From Octopus vulgaris (Eukaryota), in the NCBI GenBank assembly GCA_951406725.2, contig OX597834.1:32364001-32428000 (forward strand): DNA of 64,000 nucleotides, given 5' to 3'. The position numbers and the translations under genes were made by a program. The notes under the pieces were generated by a model. The model had not been told where the DNA came from and did not search any database. It saw only the letters and a program-made list of their open reading frames with translations. Of the stretch, positions 1 through 11,488 are shown piece after piece (positions within the stretch are counted from its first letter, which is position 1; each line of letters starts with the position of its first letter).

Positions 1-639
1 TACACACAGAGCAAGCTTCTTTCAGTTTCCACCTCCCAAATCCATAAATCCATGGTTCAGAAATATAGTAGAAGACACTTGCCCAAGGTTACACACAGTG
101 GGACTAAAGCCATGGCCACATGGTTGGGAAGCAATAACAGTCCTTTCCACTTTAGAAGACAGTGGAGATGTGATTTGAAAGTGTTTTGGTTGCTCTATCT
201 AGCAAATCGAGTAACCTCCTAGAGGCTGCCACATGATTATGATGATGATCATGATGGATGCAATGAAGTACGTTGCAGTGGTGGTGTAGTGTGGTATGAA
301 GAATTGCAGAGAATAATACGAAAGAAGCTTGAATTAATAAAAGGGATATCAGCCCTCTTTAAATTAGCCCCTGAAAGCAGAGTCAGGTTAAATGGAAATT
401 AGAAATGCAGGTGGATTAATTTCTGATCCAAAGAAGCTTCCATACTTTGCAGCAGCAGTTTACGAATTCAGCAAGCGAAAGCCATTTGTGCAAAACTTAA
501 GATTCTTTGTTGTAGTGGTGGTGGTGGGGTGGATTTGAAGAATACCTAGATACAAAATATGACTGTGGCCATGCTGGAGCACCACCTGGTATGTTTATGT
601 ATTTGTTTTGCAAGATTCTTGATGTGAAAGTGATATCAT

Positions 640-1018
640 TATACTTGGGGATGGTCGGTCGTTTTTTGCCAATTAAACACACGTGCACTAATTATTTGAT
701 CTTCACTTTATTATTATTATTATTATTATTATTGCTTTTAGTTTATTTGTCAGAGTTCTTTTGTCACACATACTGTGACCTCTTCAGTGACTCTCTCCCC
801 TATGTGTCTCCTCTTGTCCTGTTTATTCCATTTTATCTTCCAGAAAGACAAAATGGAATAGGCAGGACAAAAGGAGACACATGGGACAGAAACTGAAGAG
901 ATCACAGAATGTGTGATGAAAGATCTTCGACAAGTAGACAAAAATAATGATAATAAAGTGAAGGTCAAATAAAAAGTACATGTGTTTAATTGGCAAAAAA
1001 TGACCATCTTCAAATATA
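640..1018. repeat. ~380-bp fold-back inverted repeat (MITE-like or hairpin RNA)
   Basis: Arms of about 175-200 bp are reverse complements around a tiny loop near 840, e.g. ttttttgccaattaaacac versus gtgtttaattggcaaaaaa. Confidence 0.85.
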
Positions 1019-1054
1019 AAAATATACATACTTTAATTCAAAATGTCCAAAGTA

Positions 1055-2485
1055 AATGGGTTCTCAACTCCTTTAATGCTTTTCTTGCCATATTTCTGTT
1101 GAAATATACTGACATTATTTCAATCAAATTTGAAAATGATAAAGAATTTAGCAAAATAATTTTGTCCTTATTAACTTGTATTTGTTTGATATAAGCTTTA
1201 AATTTGGATCACTTTAAAGTACATTTGTATTATAGAACTAGCTAATCCATGTATGATATTTCTGCTGAAATACACTGCCTTTTTTTCAATCAATTTTGAA
1301 AAATCTATATTATAATTCTGCATGTTTGTTTGTTAGAGAGAGTGGAGTGAGTGAGAGTGACAGAAAGAAATTTTAAAATTGTATAATATATTATTGTGAC
1401 TGGAAATAAAATAACTTAGCAAAATTTGCAATGGAATTAAACCTAATCATGTAAATAAAAACATTGTGTATATTCTCTATGTCATTTTGTGTACAATAAT
1501 TGCATATAATGTAAAGTAATTGATAAAATATTGCATAATAAGGAATATGCAATTTTATATTGATCTTGCAGCTCCAAAAGAATTAAATACTAATGAATGT
1601 ATTAAGTATTGTATAGATTGTTATTGTATATTTTTCTATAACTTACATGCAATAAAAATGCAAATAAATTTTTTTCTTCCTTAAATAGTTCCTCTCAATT
1701 CTTTTCATTCAGTGGAATTTTTACAGGTCCAACTAGTATTGAAGAATTTAATAAAATAACTTTGTCGTTATTAATCTGGTATTCAGAACATAAATTAGCA
1801 TGAAAATTTCGATAGGCGGTTTTAATTTAAATCATTTTAAAGCATGAGGTTTGTATCACAGAACCAGAAACAGCCATGAGTAGGTTGATACGAAAAGGTT
1901 TATTATTGTTAAGATATTTCTGTTGAAATATCTTAACTTTTGTCATCATTAATCTGGTATTTGCAACATAAATTAATATGAAATTTTGATGGAAGCTTTT
2001 AATTTAAACCACTTTTAAGCATGAAGTTTGAATCGTAGAATTAAAGGCAGTCTCAGGCAGGCATCAGAAGGGTTAACCATTTTGTAATGATATTTCTGTT
2101 GAAATATGCTGCCTTTTGTTTCAAGTAATTTTTACAATTATGAAGAATTTAGTGAAATAACTTTGTTGTTATTAAGACGGTGCTTGTTTGATGGAAGAGG
2201 TTGTTTGTTTTGATTTAACTTCAAACATGAAGAATGTATCGTAGAATTAGGGGCAGTCTGAGGCTGGTTTGTATCAGATGGCTTAACCCTTTTGTTACCA
2301 TATTTTTGTTGAAATCCACTGCTTTTATTTCAAATGATATTGTCATTATGAAGTCGGTGTTTCGAACATAAATTAATGTGAAATTCTGATGGTAAATTAT
2401 AATTTAAATCATTTTAAAACAAGAAGTTTGTGTCATAAAACTCGGAGTGGTGGTCTGAGGTGGATTTGTATAAAAAAAAGTTTAA
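1055..2485 (+). repeat. Degenerate tandem array of a ~170-215 bp AT-rich unit
   Basis: Recurring motifs atatttctgttgaaata, gaagaatttagtaaaataactttgtc, tttaatttaaatcattttaaa and cagtctcagg at about 1090, 1255, 1740, 1915, 2090 and 2300. Confidence 0.7.
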
Positions 2486-2604
2486 GAAATCCTTGAAAAA
2501 CTATCATCAGGTTAAATGGAAATTAGAAATAGAAGTACAGTAAACCATCCATTTAACAGACTCCAGTTCAACATGCAGATATAACAACAACATCAACAAT
2601 AATA

Positions 2605-3262
2605 ATCCTTTCTACAGTAGGCATAAGACCTGAAATTTTAGGGGCAAGGGGGCTAAGTCGATTACATTGACCCCAGGGTTCAACTGGTACTTATTTTATC
2701 AACCCTGAAAGAAGTCGACCTCAACAGAATTTGAACTCAGAATGTAAGAGCAGCCAAACTGCCGCTGAGTGTTTTGCCAGGCATGCATACAATTCTTATT
2801 TTTTTATTGCCCACAAGGGGCTAAACATAGAGGGGACAAACAAGGACAGATAAAGGGATTAAGTTGATTACATCGACTCCAGTGCGTAACAGATATTTAA
2901 TTTATCGACCCCGAAAGGATGAAAGGCAAAGTCGACCTCGGCGGAATTTGAACTCAGAACGTAACGGCAGACGAAATACTTCTAAGCATTTTGCCTGGCA
3001 TGCTAACGATTCTGCCAGCTCACCACCTTAACAATAACATATAATATTAATGGTTTAAAATTCTGGCAGTCTTTTTTGAGGAAGAGGGGCCAAGTTGATT
3101 AAATCAACCCCAGTACTCAACTGGTGCTTATCTTATCAACCCTGAAAGGATGAAAGGTGAAGTCAACCTTGGTGGAATTTGAACTCAGAACATAGAGATG
3201 GAGAAAATGCAGCTGAGCATTTTGCCCAGCATATTAACCAAGTCTGCCAGCTCACCGCCTTA
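2605..3262 (-). mobile_element. Cluster of three family-B SINE copies
   Basis: Each carries gaaaggatgaaaggcaaagtcgacctcggcggaatttgaactc or a variant; followed by (TAA)n. Confidence 0.8.
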
Positions 3263-3264
3263 TG

Positions 3265-3301
<37 letters not shown>

Positions 3302-4121
3302 TAATAATAATAATAATAATCATACAATACTGTACTACCACTAGCATCACAGCAAAATACTCTTCAACTACACTGTCAAAAAGAAAAGTAAAAAATTTGA
3401 TATCTTTTATTATAATTTAATCATTTTTATTTTTTGTGTTATATGTATTTAAGTTTTTTTTCTTTTATAATAAATTTTTTTAAAAAAACGGCTCCCAGTT
3501 TACCTCTGATTTAATGGACTTCCAGTATTAACAGACACATGATCTGCACTGTTATTAATCCATTAAATTAAGGGTTTACTGTAGTTTAATTTCTGATCCA
3601 AAGAAGCTTCCATACTTTTCAGCAGTAAAAAGCAGCAATAGCAGCAGCAACATCAGCAGTAATTTAGGAATAAAAAAAAAAACAAAAACAAAAAAAAAAA
3701 AAAAAAAAAAAGATTCCTTTACAAAACTGAAGTCTCTATCGTTTTTTTTTTTTGTTTTTTTTTTGTGTATGTTTGCAGTGACAAAAACGAATTTTAAAGA
3801 AATATTTAATAAAATATTTTCAGAAACTAAAAAAAAAAAATTCACTGCGAAATGTTTGCTGTTTTAACGAGTGAAACTAATTAACTTCCAAAAAGACTTT
3901 CCAGAAAATTTAAATCATGTATGGAGCTTGGCTTTGGAAGAAATTATATAATTTTCTTTACAGTTTCTTCTTCTTTGTGAAGTAGATATCACGGATTTTG
4001 CTGATAACCCATCTTCAGGCATATCGAATAAAAACACATTCTTTGATATTCAGGCAAAATATGAATAAGAAAAATAAAACTTAAAGTATATGCAAGTATA
4101 TATAAATATATATCTATAGAT

Positions 4122-4160
<39 letters not shown>

Positions 4161-5186
4161 TAGATAGATAGATAGACATATACACATATATATGTATATA
4201 TGCAATTATATCCATAGATTTAATATGCATGTAGATGTATGTAAACCTACATTTCATCTTGCCATGTGTATGTATAAACACACACACAAACACACACGCA
4301 CACACATATGTATATACACATACATACATACACACACATGGATAGATAGGTATATTATTTTATAGAAAAATGTTTTGGTTTGATTAAAAATTTACATGTT
4401 TCATTGATTATTTTGCAAAAGATAAATATATATATATGTATATATATATATTTATTGTTTTAAGTGTGTATAAAAATGTATGTGTACATATGTATATATG
4501 TACCAATGTGAGTCAGTATATATGTATATTTCTATGTATACCTATGTATGTATGCATGTATCTATGTGTGAATGTGAGAAGTGTTAAATACTAATGGTAA
4601 ACTAATTAGTTACTCCAGTTCTCTGTAGCAACCAGATTTGATTTGTACATAAACAGAATGGTTACTTATTTCTCTGGGATTGGTCAAGTGATATAAACAT
4701 CACTGATGAGACCTCAATAAGGATAGAAAATCGATTAAGGTTGTTCATCGTTTTTTTTTAGTCTACAGAGAGATAAGTAGAATCAACGTGTTTGTATGTC
4801 TATTATGCATTTATATATATGTATCCATACATGCACATATGTCTATGTATTTATTATATGTATCTGTATGCATGTGCAAATGCATTCATATACACATATA
4901 TATTTATATATGTATGTCTAAATATCTGGTTATAGCTTTTCAGTCTATTTACTATATAAAAGTATAAATATGCTTTTATCTATCAGCAAATAAGGTTACA
5001 GACTTAAAAAGAATGAAAAATACCACACGTCTTCGTTTATCTATCGTTGTCAGAAGAGAAAAAAAGAACGGTGAGAGAGGAAAGAGTAAAAAGAAGGGAG
5101 AGAAAGAGAGAGTGAAAGAAATAAAGACGTCTTCAAAAGGCAAATCACTGGGTTTTTTTGTTTTTTTGTTTGTTTGTTTGACATTG

Positions 5187-5387
5187 TTAAGTTTTATTGG
5201 CTGGTTTCAAATCGTTCATATCCACTCCCGTCTTATCTTTCAGATGCTGACACAAAGTTGTCAAGCAAAGATCCATAACTAAATCCAGTATGACTTGTTC
5301 TTCAGGTGAAAATTCTTCCTGGAGGTACATTCCAATCTGGTCTTTTGCAGCTGGACGATCAATGCCAATTTTCAGTCTTGTCAATTT
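5187..5387 (-). CDS. PTRH1: Pth/PTRH1-like last coding exon
   Basis: KLTRLKIGIDRPAAKDQIGMYLQEEFSPEEQ...KT* matches Pth RLRxGIGRP...YVLxxFxxxE. Long T-rich acceptor ending ttgtag; phase 0; TAA stop at 5189-5187. Confidence 0.93.
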   Translation of the reverse strand, partial: KLTRLKIGIDRPAAKDQIGMYLQEEFSPEEQVILDLVMDLCLTTLCQHLKDKTGVDMNDLKPANKT

Positions 5388-5431
5388 CTACAAAGAAAGA
5401 AAAAAAAATGAAATAGTAATAATAATAATAA

Positions 5432-5684
5432 TCATCATCATCATCATCATCATTTAGCGTCCGTTTTCCATGCTAGCATGGGTTGGACGGTTCAACTGGG
5501 GTCTGTGAAGCCCGAAGGCTTCATCAGGCCCAGTCAGATCTGGCAGTGTTTCTACAGCTGGATGCCCTTCCTAACACCAACCACTCCGTGAGTGTAGTGG
5601 GTGCTTTTTACGTGCCACCTGCACAGGTGCCAGACGAGGGTGGCAAACGGACACGAACGGATGGTGCTTTTACGTGCCACCGGC

Positions 5685-5685
<1 letters not shown>
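5432..5685 (-). mobile_element. Family-D SINE/retroposon 3' part with (GAT)n tail
   Basis: Near-identical to 7690-7962, 21008-21350 and 27690-27995 (ggatgcccttcctaacgccaaccactcc core). Confidence 0.8.
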
Positions 5686-5717
<32 letters not shown>

Positions 5718-6812
5718 TATAATAATAATTTGTTCATTTATTGGCCACAAGGGCTAACAAAAATCAATTAAAACATAAAGGGACAAAACACAGGACGAAA
5801 GTTACAAAGGGTTTTGTCCGTTTGAAAAAGGTCCGTGTACAAAAGCAGGATGACAATGAAAAATAAGTAACAATTAAAACTCCCAATAGGGGGAGGCGCT
5901 TCGAAAGGTTACTTGTGGAAAAACCCATAAAAGCCACAGGAGCCCGGTCAAAAGGTGGGTAGAGAGCCCCTTTCTCCTTTTATATTTCCTTTTAATAATA
6001 ATAATCTTTTCTGCTATAGGCACAAGCCTGGAATTTGTGGAGAGGGGGATAGTCAATGACACTGACTCCAGTACTTGACTGGTACTTAATTTATTGACCC
6101 TGTAAGGATGAAAGGCAAAGTCGACATCAGCGGAATTTGAACCCAGAACATAAAGATGGTTGAAATGCTGCTAAGCATTTTGCCCCAGCGTGCTATCAAT
6201 TCTGCCAGCTTGTTGCCTTAATAATAACACACACACACACACAGGCGCAAGTGTGGCTTGTAGAGGTAGGTGTGGCAGTGTGGTTAAAAAGTTTGCTTCC
6301 CAACCACAGGTTTTCAGGTTCAGTCCCACCACAGGGCACCCTGGGCAAGTGTCTTCAACTACAGCCCGAGAGTACCAAAGTCTTTTGAGTGGATTTCATA
6401 CAAGTAAACTGGAAGAATGTGAATATATATAATTAATATATATATTTGGAAACAGATGCGTCACGTTCAATTAAATAATAGTAAATAATATATATGTATA
6501 TATATATATATATACATGCATATATAGGTACAGGATGTTACCAACAATGCAAATAACATGAAATATGTAAACAAATGAGTTAAATATGCAAACAACGAGA
6601 AAAAATGGAAAACAGGACAAGTAAACATAGAGAAAGGACCCTTCATCAGTTGTTGGCTGTCTATCTACTCCTCATTTTGAGCATTCAGCGACAATATGAG
6701 TCTTCAAAGACAGTTGCTTGCATAAGTTCTAAAATAAAATTTAGGATTTATGGAGGGTCAAAGCTGGGAGCAAAAACATGACAGTAGACACATATAAGGA
6801 AACCGAACGAAA

Positions 6813-6893
6813 AACAAATATGGAGGGTCACTAGACCAGAACAAATATGGAGGGTCATTGGACCAGAACAAATATGGAGGGTCATTAGACCAG
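6813..6893 (+). repeat. 3 x 27-bp tandem repeat
   Basis: aacaaatatggagggtcaYtRgaccag repeated three times with no spacers. Confidence 0.9.
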
Positions 6894-7175
6894 TCCACTC
6901 AGCTAAAAATGAGTTGCCTTGTGACAGAATGGCCTTCTGATCAGGGTGAATGTTGGCCTGCCAACCCACCCAGCTAGTTGGGTGGCAGTATTCAAAAACT
7001 AAAGCAATGTAAAGTGCAATGTGACCAGTGATGTATAACAACCTTGGATAGTTTGGGGGATACCATGATATATATGATTATGTGTGTGTGTATGTGTGCG
7101 TGGGTGTGTAGAGTGAGAGAGACTGGGAGAGAGGGGATAGGGGCAGTCATTGATAAAGAAAGGTGACCAACCTAC

Positions 7176-7221
7176 CTCAGAGTCCAATGCATCCAACACA
7201 GACTTCACACCACTGTGTCCA
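7176..7221 (-). CDS. PTRH1: Pth/PTRH1-like 46-nt exon
   Basis: (N)GHSGVKSVLDALDSE corresponds to the Pth GHNGxxS motif. Acceptor tttttgcag, donor gtaggt; phase 2 to 0, exactly bridging the neighbouring exons. Confidence 0.9.
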
Positions 7222-7609
7222 CTGCAAAAAACATAACAAATAAATAAATAAAGATTAGTTTAATTACAAAAAGATAATTATCAAACAGACTGCATGCTGG
7301 TGGTGGTGGTGGTGGTGGTGGTGGTGTGTGTTTTTAGGGATTCCATTTAAATCATATCTAAAGATATAATTTCATACGGTTCTTTTATTCTTTTATTTGT
7401 ATCAGTTATCTGACTGTGGCCATGCTGGAGCACCGCCTTTAGTCAAACAAACTGACACCCAGGACTTATTCTTTGTAAGCCTGCTACTTATTCTATTGGT
7501 CGCTTTTGCCAAACTGCTAAGTTACAGGGACATAAACACACCAACATCGGTTGTCAAGCAATGGTGGGTAGGTGGGAGGAACAAACAAACACACACACAC
7601 TAATTCATC

Positions 7610-7962
7610 CATACGTGGCTGATGCCAGCGCTGCCTTGACTGGCTTCCGTGTCGGTGGCACGTAAAAAGCAACGTCCGTACGTGGTCGATGCCAGCGTCA
7701 CCATGACTGGCTTCCGTGCCAGTGGCACATAAAAAGCACCAACCGATTGTGACCATTGCCAGCCTCCCCTGGCACCTGTGCCGGTGGTACGTAAAAAGCA
7801 CCCACTACACTCACTGAGTGGTTGGCGTTAGGAAGGGCATCCAGCTGTAGAAACACTGCCAGATCAGACTGGAGCCTGGTGCAGCCTCCTGGCTTCCCAG
7901 ACCCCGGTCGAACCATCCAATTGATGCTAGCATGGAAAACGGACATTAAACGATGATGATGA
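7610..7962 (+). mobile_element. Family-D SINE/retroposon
   Basis: Reverse complement of 5432-5685, with internal gtggcacgtaaaaagcacc repeats and a (GAT)n tail. Confidence 0.8.
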
Positions 7963-8671
7963 TACATATATATATATATTGGTAGGCCCAGGCGTCTAAG
8001 GTGCCACACAGTGGGATTGAACCCCAAACTACACAGTTGCAAAGTAAGTTTGTTGAAGAGCCTAACAACCGAGCTGTATCTGCTTCCATTAGATATCATC
8101 AAACATCGTTAAATGCCAACCAAAGAATTACTGCATTGACGCAGAAAAGAAACACAACAGAATCAGTTTAAAAGATTATATAAACTGACTTTTTAAAGAG
8201 TATCACATTAAATCAGATTAAAAGATTAAAAGATTAGCCCCTCACACACACACACACACATCTTGCACGTTAGGACAATATATCATCTTGGTATAAGTAC
8301 TAGCGCACCTGATCACACTTACAGACTTTTGATGACCTTTAGACAGACAGACAGAAAGCCAAAAAGATAATTAAAAACACCCCCATACCCCGCCCCCGCC
8401 CAAGCAACCCTTCGTTGCTTTGGTTTTCAGTGATCATCAATTCATACTGCTGTTTTTCATCATCATCATCGTCATCGTCATTGTCACCACCACCACCACC
8501 ACCACCACCATCATCATCGACAGGAAGGACATCTAACCATAGAAAACCTGCCTCAATGAATTCTAGCTGATGTATGCAAGCATGCGTAAATGGATGCTAG
8601 AACAATGATGCTGATGATACATCATCATCATCATCATCAACATCATCATTGTCATCATCATCACTGCTGCT

Positions 8672-9045
8672 GTTGAGCGAATGGTCTTCGTCCCAGAGCT
8701 CGCAAGATGGGTGAAGTCCGAAAAGTGGTCCTTTGCTATTCGTAAGACCTGCAGAAGAGAAAGCAGGTCAACCCCTGACACCGAGAGCATCGACGGATGG
8801 ATGAATGTGCATCCAAACTCAGCAGTAGTGTAGGAAGTCGGGGACAGGAAACAGGAAGAAAGAGTGAGAGAAAGTTGGGGCGAAAGAGTACAACAGGGGT
8901 CGCCACCCCCACCCCCCTGCCGGAGCCTCATGGAGCTTTAGGTGTTTTCGCTCAATAAACACACACAATGCCCAGTCTGGGAATCGAAACCGCGATCTTC
9001 CGACCGCGAGTCTGCTGCCCTAACCATTGGGTCATTGTGCCTCCA
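8672..9045 (-). mobile_element. Family-C tRNA-derived SINE
   Basis: Head gtggaggcacaatgacccaatggttagggcagcagactcgcggtc...ggtttcgattccc (A/B boxes); inverted near-copy at 9676-10040. Confidence 0.85.
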
Positions 9046-9212
9046 CTGCTGCTGCTGCTGCTGTTTGCCTCCTGTTTGGCATGCAGGTATAGGATGAACG
9101 ATTTGACAGGCGTTGCTGAGTCAGAGGACCGCACCAAGCCCCAGCTGTCTGCTTCGGCACGGTTTCTGAAGCTGGATGTCCTTCCTAGTGTCAACCGCTC
9201 TACAGAATGTAC

Positions 9213-9442
9213 CTATTTCTTTACTACCCACAAAAGGGCTAAACATAGAGGGGACAAACAAAGACAGACATAAGTATTAAGTCGATTGCATCGACCCCGG
9301 TGCATAACTGGTACTTAATTTATCGACCCCGAAAGGATGAAAGGCAAAGTCGACCTTGGCGGAATTTGAACTCACAACGTAACGCAGACGAAATACCGCA
9401 AAGCATTTCGCCCGACGTGCTAACGTTTCTGCCAGCTCGCCG
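9213..9442 (-). mobile_element. Family-B SINE, full length
   Basis: Head gcggcgagctggcagaaacgttagcacg, B-box-like gagttcaaattcc, and tail aaagaaatagg. Confidence 0.85.
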
Positions 9443-9675
9443 CATACAGAAAGAATTAGGAGAAGGGAAGGATAAAGAGAAAGAGGGGTAGAGGGGGAAT
9501 ATGAAGGTGAAAGAGAGAGGAGGACAGAGGGAAAAGAAAGAGAGAAGAGACAAAGATAGAAAGAGAGTGGACAGAGAGAGAGAGAGAGAGAAAGAGAGAA
9601 AGAGAGAGGAAAAGAGAGAAGGAAGAGAGAGAGAGAGAGAGAGAGATGTTGGATAAATGTGATCAACAACAGCAG

Positions 9676-10040
9676 GAGGTGCAATGACCCAGTGGTTAGG
9701 GCAGTGGACTCGCGGTTTCAATTCCCAGACCGGGCGTTGTGTGTGTTTAGTGAGCGAAAACACCTAAAGCTCCACGAGGCTCCAGCAGGGGGTGGTGGCA
9801 ACCCCTGTTGTACTCTTTCACCCCAACTTTCTCTCACTCTTTCTTCCTGTTTCTTATCCCCGACTTCCTACGCAACCGCTGAGCCTGGATGTGCATTCAT
9901 CCATCCGTCGATGCTCTCGGTGTCGGGGGGGTTGACCTGCTTTCTCTTCTGCGGGTCTTACGAATAGCAAAGGACCACGTTTCGGACTTCTCCCATCTTG
10001 CGAGCTCTGGGACGAAGACCGTTCGCCCAACAAACAAACA
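9676..10040 (+). mobile_element. Family-C tRNA-derived SINE
   Basis: Inverted copy of 8672-9045; ends in (AAAC)n. Confidence 0.85.
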
Positions 10041-10088
10041 AACAAATAGCAACAACAACAACAGATGTTCCATTAGTCGTAAACTTAC

Positions 10089-10188
10089 TTGGCTGAGCCT
10101 CCATTCTTCAAAGCAATCTTCCCCATTCTGCGACCAATGTCATCATGAATGAGGTAGACATTCTCTGGGGGGACATCGAAATGACGAG
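10089..10188 (-). CDS. PTRH1: Pth/PTRH1-like internal exon
   Basis: (A)RHFDVPPENVYLIHDDIGRRMGKIALKNGGSA matches the Pth HD(E/D)LD...GGSA motif. Acceptor ctctttcag, donor gtaagt; 100 nt, phase 1 to 2. Absent from the ORF track in this frame. Confidence 0.93.
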
Positions 10189-10317
10189 CTGAAAGAGACA
10201 ATCAGTGAGAGAGGTCAAGTGGTGGTGGTGGTGGTGGTGGTGGAAGTGGTGGAGGCAGGTGTAGGAGGGTATTGTCTGAAGGAGAATGTCTGCATGTGTG
10301 TATGGATGTGTATGTAT

Positions 10318-10545
10318 CGAGCTGGCAGAAACGTTAGCACGCCGGGCGAAATGCTTAGCGGTATTTCGTCTGCCGTTACGTTGTGAGTTCAAATTCCGCC
10401 AAGGTCGACTTTGCCTTTCATCCTTTCGGGGTCGATAAATTAAGTACCAGTTACGCACTGGGGTCGATGTAATCAACTTAATACCTATGTCTGTCCTTGT
10501 TTGTCCCCTCTGTGTTTAGCCCCTTGTGGGTAATAAAGAAATAGG
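10318..10545 (+). mobile_element. Family-B SINE
   Basis: Near-identical to 12322-12550 and to the reverse complement of 9213-9442. Confidence 0.85.
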
Positions 10546-10575
10546 TATGTGTCTGGAGAGAGAAAGAGAGAGAGA

Positions 10576-10610
<35 letters not shown>

Positions 10611-10663
10611 AAAGAGAGTGAGAGACAATCTTTAGAAATTGTGGTCAAAAGAGATCTCCTTAC

Positions 10664-10880
10664 CTGCTTTTGAAACACTGGTTCCATTTACCATCATTGG
10701 AATCTGTGGTTTCAGGAGAATAAGGCTGACATCGTCGAGTTTACTCACAGCAACATGTCCTGCCACGGTTTCTTTGTCGTCTTTCCACTGTAGTTTCAGC
10801 TCATCAGCCAAGCAGTCAAGAAGCTGCAGACCGACACTGTGTCTGGTCAATGACAGTTTATCATGGCCGAGACCAACGAT
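10664..10880 (-). CDS. PTRH1: Peptidyl-tRNA hydrolase (Pth/PTRH1-like), first identified coding exon
   Basis: Translates IVGLGHDKLSLTRHSVGLQLLDCLA...LILLKPQIPMMVNGTSVSKA, matching the Pth motifs VGLGN, TRHxVG and LLKPxxxMNxxG. Acceptor ttcag at 10881-85, donor gtaag after 10664; 217 nt, phase 0 to 1. Confidence 0.93.
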
Positions 10881-11400
10881 CTGAAATTCAAGAAGAAACA
10901 TTGTGAGTATAACACAAATGATGTTGCGGTTTTAGGTTGGCATTTAAAATGGATTTTGATGAAGAGAGGATTCAGTAGTTAACTGGAAATAATTACAGGG
11001 TAAGATGGATAGATGGATGGCTTTGTGGACGGATAGATAGACAGACTGACAAACAGATGAATAGTGAGATAAATAGAGGGATATGCATATATATATATGC
11101 ATAAATCCATATATATATATATGCTCTCAAATCCAAATCAAAAGAAATCTTTGAGCTGACGAAGGAAATGTTGATCTTTATAGTCAACTAATCCAGAAAC
11201 GGCCGTTCTCAAGTAATCTTATGTACGTGTGATCTTTCGTTATTTTTTCCTCTATACCTGTGTGAATTATTTTTGAGTATGCATTGTCTGGGAGATTTTT
11301 CTTATAGTAGAAGAAATAGCTAAGATTTTTTGGCTGCTATTTCTAAAAGTTCGGTGTGTGGTAAAGTAAATTATTTTACTGAACCCTAATTATATAACGT

Positions 11401-11488
<88 letters not shown>

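Noticed and set aside
6813-6893. CRISPR-like direct repeats
   Set aside because: Contiguous 27-bp units with no spacers, no cas genes, eukaryotic context.
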